Positions 19,366-28,354 of a DNA stretch of 64,000 bases are shown one piece after another. Within the stretch, counting starts at the first letter, position 1, and every line of letters starts with the position of its first letter. Source of the stretch: Polyangiaceae bacterium (GTDB lineage Bacteria > Myxococcota_A > Polyangia > Polyangiales > Polyangiaceae); NCBI GenBank assembly GCA_050287085.1, contig JBNKBE010000017.1:32419-96418 (forward strand). Reading direction: 5' to 3'. A program made the position numbers and the translations under genes. The notes under the pieces were generated by a model, which did no database searches, was not told the origin of the DNA, and worked only from the letters and a program-made list of their open reading frames with translations.

Positions 19366-20781
19366 TCAGGCGGCTCGTCGGCGACGGCTGACAAGGACCA
19401 TTGCGATCAAAGCGGCGGTCCACCAGCCTCCCGCTCGACCCTCGCCGGACGAACGCACCGCACATCCGCCACTATCGGCGTTCGCGGAAGCCAGCACCGG
19501 CTCCATCCCGGTTTCTGTCCCTGACATGTCCGTGTTTGTGTCACCGGACACGTCCGCCTCTCCAATGCCCATTCCGCCGGGCTCTGCCGGGCCGTTGACC
19601 GCGCCAGTATCGCCGGCAGGAGGGGTCAAGCCATCGTCCATCGGCGTGGTGGGTGTATCCCCCAGATCGACCGTCGGGGTCATACCCGTCGGCCCCGCGG
19701 CTCCATCATCCATCATCCCCCCCATGTCGCCACCTGCCATCGGGTCGGCACCCGGGTCGACATCAGGATCCGCACCGGGGTCGGAGCCGGGATCGGTAGT
19801 GGGGTCCTCGGGCGGATCTCCGCCCATCGGGTCACCCGCAGCGTCGAGGTCTAGGAAGATACGTTGCGCGAAGTTGAAGAGGCTCCGATTCCAGACCGTC
19901 TTGTCGTGACCTCCGTTCGGCTCGATCTGCCAGATATGCTCGACGTTGTTCTGGTCGAGAAAATTGTGGTAGTTCTCGCTGTTTCCGATCAGACCGTCGG
20001 CGCTGCCGCAGGCAATGAAGATGAGCCGCACGTTTTGGCGCACCTTGTCCACATCGGGAATGGTCTGCTGGGGTTGCTGGGTGTTGGGCGCCGCTGAATA
20101 CGGGCCAATGTAGTGAAACACGTCCGTATTGGGGAAACCGAAGTTGAACGTTTGGCCTCCGCCCATCGAGAGACCAGAAATGGCGCGCCAGTCCGGATCG
20201 CTCTTGACGGGATAGTTGTCTTCCACCCACGGAATGAGGTCATTGAGCAAGACATCGCCGTGGGCAGAAAAGCCGTCCGCTGCACCCTTGGTATTCCCGT
20301 CGGGCATGACGACGATCATAGGCACCGCCAGGTCCTCCGAATACAGGTAGTCCATGACGTTGTCGGCGTTGCCCTCGTTGCTTCCGCGCCCGACCCACGC
20401 CACCTCATTACCGCCAATACCGTGGTGCAAGTACATGACGGGGTAGGTCTCGTCCTGAGAGAAGCCAGGCGGCGTGTAGATGGTCACCTTCTGCTCTCCG
20501 TATTGCCGCGTCGGATAGCTGAGGGAGGCTTCAACCGTGCCGTGCGGGATGTCGGGATTGACGGTATCAAATCCCCTGGGCGGAACGGGCAGCCCTGCTG
20601 GATCGCTTGCGTGTGCGAACGACGGAGCCAGAAGGAGTCCGCAGGCAAGCGCAGCGACGAGGCCCCTGAAGGGGACGCGCTCCGCCCGTCCCGCCGGGGT
20701 GGTACCGTCCCGGTCTTCGACCTGGGTCACCTGCCTAGTCCACTGATCTGTCCGCGATTCCTGTCGAGTATTCGCTGCCAT
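19366..20781 (-). CDS. Alpha/beta hydrolase (CE1/XynZ-like esterase) with acidic linker and MYXO-CTERM sorting tail
   Basis: YTPPG, YLHHGIGG, AISGLSMGG, IACGSAD and GGHD motifs; D/P/G-rich linker; C-terminal SGGCAV...TM...RRRR. Confidence 0.88.
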   Translation of the reverse strand: MAANTRQESRTDQWTRQVTQVEDRDGTTPAGRAERVPFRGLVAALACGLLLAPSFAHASDPAGLPVPPRGFDTVNPDIPHGTVEASLSYPTRQYGEQKVTIYTPPGFSQDETYPVMYLHHGIGGNEVAWVGRGSNEGNADNVMDYLYSEDLAVPMIVVMPDGNTKGAADGFSAHGDVLLNDLIPWVEDNYPVKSDPDWRAISGLSMGGGQTFNFGFPNTDVFHYIGPYSAAPNTQQPQQTIPDVDKVRQNVRLIFIACGSADGLIGNSENYHNFLDQNNVEHIWQIEPNGGHDKTVWNRSLFNFAQRIFLDLDAAGDPMGGDPPEDPTTDPGSDPGADPDVDPGADPMAGGDMGGMMDDGAAGPTGMTPTVDLGDTPTTPMDDGLTPPAGDTGAVNGPAEPGGMGIGEADVSGDTNTDMSGTETGMEPVLASANADSGGCAVRSSGEGRAGGWWTAALIAMVLVSRRRRAA

Positions 20782-21322
20782 GTCTGCTCCTCAGATGTAA
20801 AGCTCACGCAAGCCGCATCACAACGGCCCAACACAAACGTGTTGTCAGCCTCAAGCGATGCAACGCTGCACTCAATCTCGCCCTGCGTCAACCTGAAGAA
20901 GGGGGACTGGATTGCGAGCGGCAACTCCCCTCATAGCTCGCCCACGTTGGCTTTACACGCCACACGGCGACGGGGATTATGGCTGGAACTCGCATTCCAG
21001 ATAGCGAAGAATTGTCGTTCGCCAGCGAAGCATGCCGGACGCCAGCCGCCGCAGTTTCCACCCCACAGCGAATCTTCGGCGCGAGCAAGGCCCAGCTCGC
21101 CCCACGTGACCCAAACTTGGCCTCGGACTCGTCGCGCGAAAACGTGGCTCCATCCCGCGGCCAGGGCCCGCCCAATACACGGCACGATTGTCAAGGACGG
21201 AGCAGTGCAAAAACGGACGTCTGCGACCACCGGACTCGAAGCCTCGTGGTGTCAGCAAGAAGCAAGCCGCCTTGTCCCGCACCACTGCTACCACTACCCT
21301 TATTTCCGTGACGCCAACAACC

Positions 21323-21745
21323 ATGGACTGGCGGGTGATGGGGCGCCTGTGTGTGACGGTGCACACCGAAAGCGTTCCAAGCGACGAGGATTGGAATGCG
21401 TACATGACCGGGGTGAAGCGCGACGTTCCGATGGCCGAGCAGCGGGTGCTCGTCGTGTCAGCAGGTGGTGGCCCCGACGGAAAGCAACGTAAAATGATGG
21501 TAGATACCCTGAACGGCACTCACGTCCCGGTTGCCATCCTGACCGATAGCTGGGTGATGCGGGGCGCTGGGATCGCGATCAGCTGGTTCAACCCAAGTCT
21601 GAAAGTCTACGGTCCAAACGACCTCGAGCCGGCCTTGGCCTACCTGGAGCTAACAACCCGGGAACGAAGGCAGACAGCACAGGCCCTGCGCGAACTTCAG
21701 CAGGCCTTGGGTCTCGATATCCTGCGCCTGCGGACCGTGGGATGA
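21323..21745 (+). CDS. Hypothetical protein (STAS/SEC14-like, myxobacterial type)
   Basis: PSDEDWNAY, GGGPDGKQRK, VAILTDS..RG...AISWFNP pattern. Start is uncertain (GTG 21308 or ATG 21323). Confidence 0.6.
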   Translation: MDWRVMGRLCVTVHTESVPSDEDWNAYMTGVKRDVPMAEQRVLVVSAGGGPDGKQRKMMVDTLNGTHVPVAILTDSWVMRGAGIAISWFNPSLKVYGPNDLEPALAYLELTTRERRQTAQALRELQQALGLDILRLRTVG

Positions 21746-21797
21746 GGCAGCTTCGACCCGAGCGATCGATCTCCGCCTCCCTTGGCGGCCTCGCAAA

Positions 21798-22379
21798 ATG
21801 AACGCACAAGCTGTTATCGAAGCACTTGGTCTCGTCCCTCACCCAGAGGGTGGCTATTTCCTCGAAACCTACCGCAGCGGGGCCGTTCCTATGGCCAGCC
21901 GGGGAGCAACCGACTCGCAGGGCACCTGCGCCCAGTTCGCGGCTGGCAAGCGCAACCTGATGACCAGCATCTATTGGATGCCAACCCGCTCGAGCCCAAT
22001 TGGCTGGCTATGCCGCAACCGCTCGGATCATGTTCACTACTTTCATGCTGGCAGCCCCGTGGAGTACCGGTTGGTGTCGCCCAGCGGTGAAGTCACTCAT
22101 CATCGGCTAGGGCTCGACTGGACACTTGGCCAGCGGCCACAGCTAGTCGTCCCAGGAGGCTACTGGAAGACGGCAGAGCTCGTGGTCGGAGAGTTCGCCC
22201 TGATTGGCGAAGGCGTAAGCCCAGGATTCGACTTTGCCGACTTCTCTTTCGTCTCCGAAGACGAGCTGCGTGCACGCCTGCCAGAAAGGCCTGAACTACA
22301 GCGCTTCGTCAAGCCGGATCAGCGTCGCAACTTCGACGCCTACTATGACGCAATGACAGATTCCGATGAAGGTACGTGA
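21798..22379 (+). CDS. Cupin_5 (DUF985) family protein
   Basis: LGLVPHPEGGYFLETYRS, TSIY, PQLVVPGGYWK and VSPGFDFADF motifs. Confidence 0.9.
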   Translation: MNAQAVIEALGLVPHPEGGYFLETYRSGAVPMASRGATDSQGTCAQFAAGKRNLMTSIYWMPTRSSPIGWLCRNRSDHVHYFHAGSPVEYRLVSPSGEVTHHRLGLDWTLGQRPQLVVPGGYWKTAELVVGEFALIGEGVSPGFDFADFSFVSEDELRARLPERPELQRFVKPDQRRNFDAYYDAMTDSDEGT

Positions 22380-22445
22380 CCCTGCCTCTCTCGCATGCGC
22401 AGGAGCAGCCCTCGGGACCCAGTTTTGCGGCGGCAGGCCCGCGCC

Positions 22446-24065
22446 CTAGCGAAGGCCACTCATGGAGATGCGCGCTCGTGGACGCACCACAGACGGCGGC
22501 TCGGTCCTGGGCGCCTGAGCCGTGAGCGCGCGGCTCATCTCCCCCACCTCCGTGCGCGTCCGCCGCAGTTCCGTGCGGATGTTGTCGTAGTAGCGATGTA
22601 TCCGGCGGGTACGCCGGACGAGCCGTTCAATCGCCGACGATATCGCTTCGGGGGTGGAGGGTAGAGTGATGTGATGATCTAGCCCGGCACAGTTGATACT
22701 GTTTTGCAGCAGTTCGAAGTTCTCGTGGGAAGAGATCAACAAGCGACTCGTTTCCCCAATGGCTCCCAAACGCGACAATAGCTCGTCCTCGAGTAGTACG
22801 CTCATGTCGCCGAATACGACCACCCAGGGGGCCGCCTGCCGTCCTGAGCTCAGGTTGTCGAGCAGCCCGGTGCGCTCTTCAGCAGTGACCACCCTGACTT
22901 CGGATTCGTCACCGAGGTGAGCCAGCGCGGCCTGAACCACAGCGTCGCTAATTGCGCTATCACCTTCGAGCAACCAGACCGACGCCGGACCATCCGCAGT
23001 CAGCTCATCGCGCGGTGCAATCAGCCCCGCATCATAGGCCAGCGGACCCGGGGTCAGCGTCAGGGCGTGAACGGTGTCGGGCTCTCCATCTGCGAGAGCC
23101 CAGGCCAAAGTCGAGAGCCCCTCGAGTAGATGGCCGCCGTCGGCGAAACGTCGCCCCGAGGCACGAGCCAAAGCGGTAGCAAAGAAGTCTACGACCTCTG
23201 GCACCTCGCAGAGAGGCGAGCTATCGCCCTCGGGGAGCGCGCCACCCACGCCAGGCTCCTTCTGAAACAGGCATGCGTACAGCATCGCCCCCACCGCGTA
23301 GGTATCGGCGGTCCGTCCGGGTGCGCCGCCGCGCAACAACTCGGGAGCTAGATACCAGGTTGCCTGCTCACTGGGACTGCCGCTCGATGGCCCGAATCCG
23401 ATAACCCGGGCGCGCGGATGTGGGCTCCGTTGTCGCTCAAGAATGACGTGCTCCGGCCACAGTCGACCATGAATCAGTCCCAAGCGGTGTGCCTCCGTCA
23501 AGGCACGCGCCAAGTCGCTTGCCACAATCAGCGCTTCGTCGAGCGCCAGAGGTGTTCCCCAGCGCAGACGCTGACCGAGCGTCACACCTTCGATGAACTC
23601 GCGCACGAGATACCCCGTTCCGGGGGGCGTGTTGGCCAGTCCAACATCGAGCATGCGAACGGTACTAGGGTGACGGAGAGACGCGATCTGGGAGCACTGG
23701 GTCGCAAGTGAACGCGCACTGCCCGCCGCCTTGAACAGCTTTGCCACCGCTCTTCGCCCGGTTCGGACGTGCCGCGCCTCAAACAAGAAGAGGCTGTCGC
23801 CAAAAGGGCCGATAACGCTAAACGGCTCACCCAGCATGAGCTCCGTGGACTCAGCGTCGCTACGTGGATGACGAGCAGCACCGCCCACACTGGGCAATGC
23901 AGGAGCTAGCGACGACCGAGAAGGTCCGACGGCGGTGTTTGCCGCTGGAAGCCTGGGATGACTGGGTGGTGGCAGGGGCACGCCAACGCGCCGCCTTCCA
24001 GTTGATAGGAGGCCGGGAACCGGGCTCGCGCTCGCGCGCTCGGAGAGGGCTTTCGGCCGTTCCAT
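22446..24065 (-). CDS. Hanks-type pseudokinase fused to an atypical receiver-like domain and coiled coil
   Basis: AVAK, LRHP, YLVREFIEG, YLAPE and ADTYAVG are present, but HRD is HGR(LWPEH) and DFG is GFG. The C-terminal domain is paralogous to that of 25637-27085. Confidence 0.8.
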   Translation of the reverse strand: MERPKALSERASASPVPGLLSTGRRRVGVPLPPPSHPRLPAANTAVGPSRSSLAPALPSVGGAARHPRSDAESTELMLGEPFSVIGPFGDSLFLFEARHVRTGRRAVAKLFKAAGSARSLATQCSQIASLRHPSTVRMLDVGLANTPPGTGYLVREFIEGVTLGQRLRWGTPLALDEALIVASDLARALTEAHRLGLIHGRLWPEHVILERQRSPHPRARVIGFGPSSGSPSEQATWYLAPELLRGGAPGRTADTYAVGAMLYACLFQKEPGVGGALPEGDSSPLCEVPEVVDFFATALARASGRRFADGGHLLEGLSTLAWALADGEPDTVHALTLTPGPLAYDAGLIAPRDELTADGPASVWLLEGDSAISDAVVQAALAHLGDESEVRVVTAEERTGLLDNLSSGRQAAPWVVVFGDMSVLLEDELLSRLGAIGETSRLLISSHENFELLQNSINCAGLDHHITLPSTPEAISSAIERLVRRTRRIHRYYDNIRTELRRTRTEVGEMSRALTAQAPRTEPPSVVRPRARISMSGLR

Positions 24066-24073
24066 AGGTACTC

Positions 24074-25636
24074 CTAGAAGACGAAGGTAGAGCTCGAGCC
24101 TTGAGAAAGCTCCACGAAGGAAGCCATGCCAGCGTATTCGATATTGGGTAGGTCCATGAGGTCCCGCTTCTCGATCCCCATGATGCCCATGCTCATCGTG
24201 CAGACGACGAAACGCACGTTCTGCTCCACGGCTGAGTCGAGCAGCTGCTGGATGTTCATGACGTTGTTCTTCGCCATGAAGTACTGCATCATGCCCTTGC
24301 CCATTCCACCCATATGCATCTTGCTAAGCTTCGCGCGGCGGGGCCCCTTGGGCATCATCCATTTCATCATGCGCTGCAAGAACGACACGCCGTTGCTTTC
24401 GATGTCCTTCCGCGGACGTTCACCGCGGAGGACGTTCACTCCCCACAGCGAGAAGAACATCGCCACCTCGGAGCCTTGTGCTGCCGCCGTGGTCGCCGTC
24501 ATAAGCGCTGCCATGAGGGACTCAAAGTCGTTGCGCATCACGAACATGGTGCAGCGGTTGTGACGGACCGGAACATCGTCCTCGACGATGAGCATCGCTT
24601 CGCTCAGCTCGCCGCCGTCGGCATATTCCACCGCAGTAACGGGGACCGGCTGCATCGGCACGATCGCGCGGGGCGCGGTGGAGTTTACGTTCGCGCCAAA
24701 CTCGAGCTCAGCGGTAACGATGCCCTCGGTCGTATGGGCCCCTAAGAGTGCAACCTGAGTAAGGTTACTCCACAATTGAATCTGCGCGACGAAGTTGGGA
24801 TCGTCAGCGAAGATGACCCAACGCCCAACGGGACGCTGCCCCAATAGCGCCGATAGCTTGATGATCGGCTCCGGTGCGCGAAGCCCACGCAAGTCGAGGG
24901 AACGAACCGGCTCTTCTTGGAGGACAGGTGTCGTTCGAGACGGACGAGGCGGCGGACTTGGCGCGGGCACAGCCGAGACCCCATGCGGCACTACGTCAGG
25001 CCGTGGCGCGCTGCGCCGAGCCGCGCTGACCTGGAGGGTCGCAGCGGTCTGCGAGGTTGGAGGCGCTTCCGGCTCCGATCGCACCGCAATCCGCGGCGAC
25101 GATTGCATGCCGTCCCCCGGAAAGACGACAACCGCCGTAACGGTCGGACCGCATTGCTCGATCGAGACAAGTTCTCCGCCACTTGTTCGCAGCCACGCTT
25201 TCAGATCTGGCGTAAACGAAGCATCATCGGCCTCAACTCGAAGCGTCCCCCCGGCGGCGCCCAGCGCCTTGGCGGCTTTGGATATCTGCAGAATTGGTGC
25301 CGGACAGCGAAGTCCCTTGCAGTCGATGAAGGTCTCCGTCTGATTGTCGTTCGCGGTCCCCGCCGACCCCAGAGCCTGAACCACCTGAGACTCGGTCGCA
25401 CCGTTCAGACCGATACGCGCTCGATAGACTCCAGCGCTCTCCTCCAGTGTCAACAGCGTCGAGTGAGACGTTCTACACCAGGCCGTTACGTCGCGCTCGA
25501 AGGCATGATCGTCAACCAGCACTTCAAGCACCGTTTGCGAGCCCCCTGCGGCTTTTGCCGCATTGGCGATACGCAATATGGGAGCCGGACACTGCATACC
25601 TCGGCAATCGATTACTTGTCTTGCTGTGTTGACCAT
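24074..25636 (-). CDS. Triple TusA(SirA)-like domains fused to a DsrE2/YrkE-like sulfur-transfer domain
   Basis: DCRGMQCPAP, DCKGLRCPAP and DLRGLRAPEP motifs, each followed by a DD motif; C-terminal FFSLWGVNVLR, MMPKGP, LSKMHMGGMG and VCTMSMGIMG. Confidence 0.88.
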   Translation of the reverse strand: MVNTARQVIDCRGMQCPAPILRIANAAKAAGGSQTVLEVLVDDHAFERDVTAWCRTSHSTLLTLEESAGVYRARIGLNGATESQVVQALGSAGTANDNQTETFIDCKGLRCPAPILQISKAAKALGAAGGTLRVEADDASFTPDLKAWLRTSGGELVSIEQCGPTVTAVVVFPGDGMQSSPRIAVRSEPEAPPTSQTAATLQVSAARRSAPRPDVVPHGVSAVPAPSPPPRPSRTTPVLQEEPVRSLDLRGLRAPEPIIKLSALLGQRPVGRWVIFADDPNFVAQIQLWSNLTQVALLGAHTTEGIVTAELEFGANVNSTAPRAIVPMQPVPVTAVEYADGGELSEAMLIVEDDVPVRHNRCTMFVMRNDFESLMAALMTATTAAAQGSEVAMFFSLWGVNVLRGERPRKDIESNGVSFLQRMMKWMMPKGPRRAKLSKMHMGGMGKGMMQYFMAKNNVMNIQQLLDSAVEQNVRFVVCTMSMGIMGIEKRDLMDLPNIEYAGMASFVELSQGSSSTFVF

Positions 25637-27085
25637 TTATCCTCGTTCCTGAAAATCCTTGCGCAACTGCGCAAGGTCCTCGCGCGCATCTCTCAGCGCC
25701 AACCGAAGCCCGTCGTAGCGCCGACGAAGACGCTGCGATCGGGTCGCCATGGTTCGAATGGAATCGGCAATTTCCTCGGGGCGCTTCGGCAAACACACTT
25801 GCCCGTGGAGTCCGCACGCGTTGACAGTTGTGTCCAGGAGCTCCCCGTTTTCGTGTGTAGAAACCAAGAGCATAGATGTCTCGTTCTGCCGTCCCACCTC
25901 CACCAACAACGGCTCACCGAGCAACGCGTGTAAGTCTCCAAAGACGATGACCGCCGGAGGGGGGGTGCCCCCGACGTATTCGATGCGAGCCTCTTCCCTT
26001 TCACTCGCGTCGAAAAACTTGATCCGAAACTCGCTGTCTAGCTGGTTCAGGGCGTCCCGGACGACATCCTGATCAACCCCCGGGTCACCTGTAAAGGCCC
26101 AGATTTCGGCGGCTCCGGTTGAAAGCAATGGGGTATTGCCATCGTGGGTCGGACGGGTCGTCACGGCCGTGCCATCAGCAGCGGGTGCATCGCCTACTTC
26201 AACCGTGTCGAGCGCCTCTCGTTGTGCTGGAACCATACCACTGATGGCCGCAACCGTTCGCGTTTCCTCAACGGCCAGGGCCTCCAAACGCGAGGCAAAC
26301 TCGCGCGCGGTGGGATAGCGGTGCTCGGGAAGTTCAGCCATCGCGCGAGCGATCACGTCAGAAAGTACCGCCCCGACGGGTACCACCTCCCCGATCGGGG
26401 GTATTGCACCGTCGATAGCACATTGGCTTGGCCGCTTCCCCGTGATGCACTGATAGATCACCGCACCAACGCTGTATACGTCCGCGGCCACCCCAGGCCG
26501 GATGCCGCGAAGAACCTCAGGAGCGGCGTACTCGGGCGTCGCAAGAGTTCTGGTTCCGGACTGCTCGGCAAGGGGTGCCCGCATCGACTGCACTTCGCCG
26601 TAGTCCACCAGCGCAAATCGCTCGGCGGTCGTCCCCAGGCCAGCCACGATGATGTTCTCTGGTTTGACATCTCCGTGCACCAGACCCGCCGTGTGTGCAT
26701 ATTGCAGCGCTCGCAGAAGGTGAACGGCGAGACGCATAGCATCTTCCCCGAGCAGTCGGCGCTCGACATTGAGCAAGCGCTGAAGCGTATCGCCCTCGAT
26801 AAGCTCCATCACCAAGTAGTAGGCAAACTGGTCCCGCTCGAACCACCCGGCATCGAGCAGTCCCGGCGTGTAGATGTTGGACAGCGTGTTTAGGGCTCCA
26901 CGCTCGCGCTCAAAGGATCCATCGTTGTGGAAGAACTTAATCGCAGCAGGAAAACCGAGGCGGCGATGCTCCCCCAGAGCGACCACGCTGCGCTGCGACG
27001 CGTGCAACACCTTTAGTATGCGGAACTCCCCTACCTCGTCACCAAGGTCGAATGGAGCAACCGTCTGAACAGCGGACGCGGACAT
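25637..27085 (-). CDS. Ser/Thr protein kinase fused to an atypical receiver-like domain and coiled coil
   Basis: AAIK, YLVMELIEG, HGDVKPEN, DYG, TPEYAAPE and ADVYSVG motifs; the Gly-rich loop is degenerate. Confidence 0.87.
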   Translation of the reverse strand: MSASAVQTVAPFDLGDEVGEFRILKVLHASQRSVVALGEHRRLGFPAAIKFFHNDGSFERERGALNTLSNIYTPGLLDAGWFERDQFAYYLVMELIEGDTLQRLLNVERRLLGEDAMRLAVHLLRALQYAHTAGLVHGDVKPENIIVAGLGTTAERFALVDYGEVQSMRAPLAEQSGTRTLATPEYAAPEVLRGIRPGVAADVYSVGAVIYQCITGKRPSQCAIDGAIPPIGEVVPVGAVLSDVIARAMAELPEHRYPTAREFASRLEALAVEETRTVAAISGMVPAQREALDTVEVGDAPAADGTAVTTRPTHDGNTPLLSTGAAEIWAFTGDPGVDQDVVRDALNQLDSEFRIKFFDASEREEARIEYVGGTPPPAVIVFGDLHALLGEPLLVEVGRQNETSMLLVSTHENGELLDTTVNACGLHGQVCLPKRPEEIADSIRTMATRSQRLRRRYDGLRLALRDAREDLAQLRKDFQERG

Positions 27086-27352
27086 GTGCTGGATAGAGCG
27101 ACACGTTCTGGAAAGCTTTTAGCTGAAAGTTGGAACAGCTATTGGCTTTGCTCACCATTGTGAACCACCAGGCGTTCCGTCTCTTCAAACAATACACAGA
27201 CTTGGATGCGCCGAGAGAGGCCCGGCGCCAGCCCGAAATTATTTGCGCATTCGACGAATTCGTGAGCAGCTCGCATTTCTGCTCGGTGTTCTCTGCTCGC
27301 GACCGACGCCGGCGGCAGGAAGCGCACCGTATTCCGGCCCTCGCCCCTTCGC

Positions 27353-28204
27353 CTATGCAGCCAGCTCGGCCTGAGACGAACCGGCCGCGCCGAGCAAGGC
27401 GCGCAACTTCTGCTTGGTGCGCGTTTCGATTTGCCGGACCCTCTCGCGCGAAACACCAAAGATTTCAGCTATCGCGGAGAGCGACAGCGCCTCCTCGTCG
27501 TCAACGCTCAAGCGCTTGTTGACGATGAAACGTTCGCGCTCATTGAGTTGCTCGAGGGCCGCAGCCAGACCGGGACGTACCCGCTCAATCAGCTCAAGGC
27601 GAGCGAGTTGCTCCTCTTGGTTGTCCCCGCCTGTCAGAGAATCCAGCAGCGTATGTCCGCTGTCGCGATAGGCCGGGGTCCCCAACGAAACGTCCCTCTC
27701 TTCAACTTGGCAAACCAAACGCTGAACTTTGCTCCTCGGAAGAGCCATCCGCTCAGCAAGCACGTCGAACGCCTCGTCGGACGAGCCGTGAAGACTGAAT
27801 GCGCGTGCGGCCTCACGCCTCAACCGAAAGAAGGTCTTGGTCTTGAGTGCCCCCGAGCCCCCGCCGACCAGACTCCACGACTTCAGAATGTGGTCAATCA
27901 CATACGAGCGTACCCAGTAGGTGGCGTAGGTCGAAAACCGAACGCCCTGCTCCGGGTCAAACTTGTCCAGCGCGCGCACCAGCCCGACGTTGCCTTCGGC
28001 CAGCAGAACATCCAGCGCTATCCCGTAGCGGCTGAAACGCAGGGCCACCGACAATACGACGCGTAGACTTGACTCTACGAGTCGGTTGGCAGCAATTCGA
28101 TCGTTGTCGTTGCGATACCGTTCGAAAAGCGCGAGCTCTTCAGCGCGGTCGAGAACCGGCGCCCGACGAGCCAGAGCTATTAGTGGGTTGGTGCTGTAGG
28201 GCAT
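27353..28204 (-). CDS. rpoH: RpoH/sigma-32-family RNA polymerase sigma factor (divergent RpoH box)
   Basis: EGNVGLVRALDKFDPEQGVRFSTYATYW, ILKSWSLV...KTFFRLR and region 4 GVSRERVRQIE. Confidence 0.85.
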   Translation of the reverse strand: MPYSTNPLIALARRAPVLDRAEELALFERYRNDNDRIAANRLVESSLRVVLSVALRFSRYGIALDVLLAEGNVGLVRALDKFDPEQGVRFSTYATYWVRSYVIDHILKSWSLVGGGSGALKTKTFFRLRREAARAFSLHGSSDEAFDVLAERMALPRSKVQRLVCQVEERDVSLGTPAYRDSGHTLLDSLTGGDNQEEQLARLELIERVRPGLAAALEQLNERERFIVNKRLSVDDEEALSLSAIAEIFGVSRERVRQIETRTKQKLRALLGAAGSSQAELAA

Positions 28205-28242
28205 GGTGATTCGCTATGGACTCTGAAGCAGAACGCAAATCA

Positions 28243-28275
28243 TGTCAATGGTTTGTACAATGTTTATCCAACGTC
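28243..28275 (-). promoter_or_regulatory. CarH-type operator (three hexamers at 11-bp period) overlapping a TTGACA -35 of the sigma gene
   Basis: Minus strand TGGATA (28270-65), TGTACA (28259-54) and TTGACA (28248-43), spaced exactly 11 bp. Confidence 0.7.
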
Positions 28276-28354
28276 AATTCCCGCTTCTCGCCTCCTTGTG
28301 TCGACACCTCCGGAACATTAGACAGCTGGAGAAACGAAACGAAGCGACGCGCAG

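Noticed and set aside
20113..21492. 459-aa plus-strand ORF
   Set aside because: Mostly the antisense shadow of the esterase gene, with no recognisable motifs; typical of high-GC DNA.
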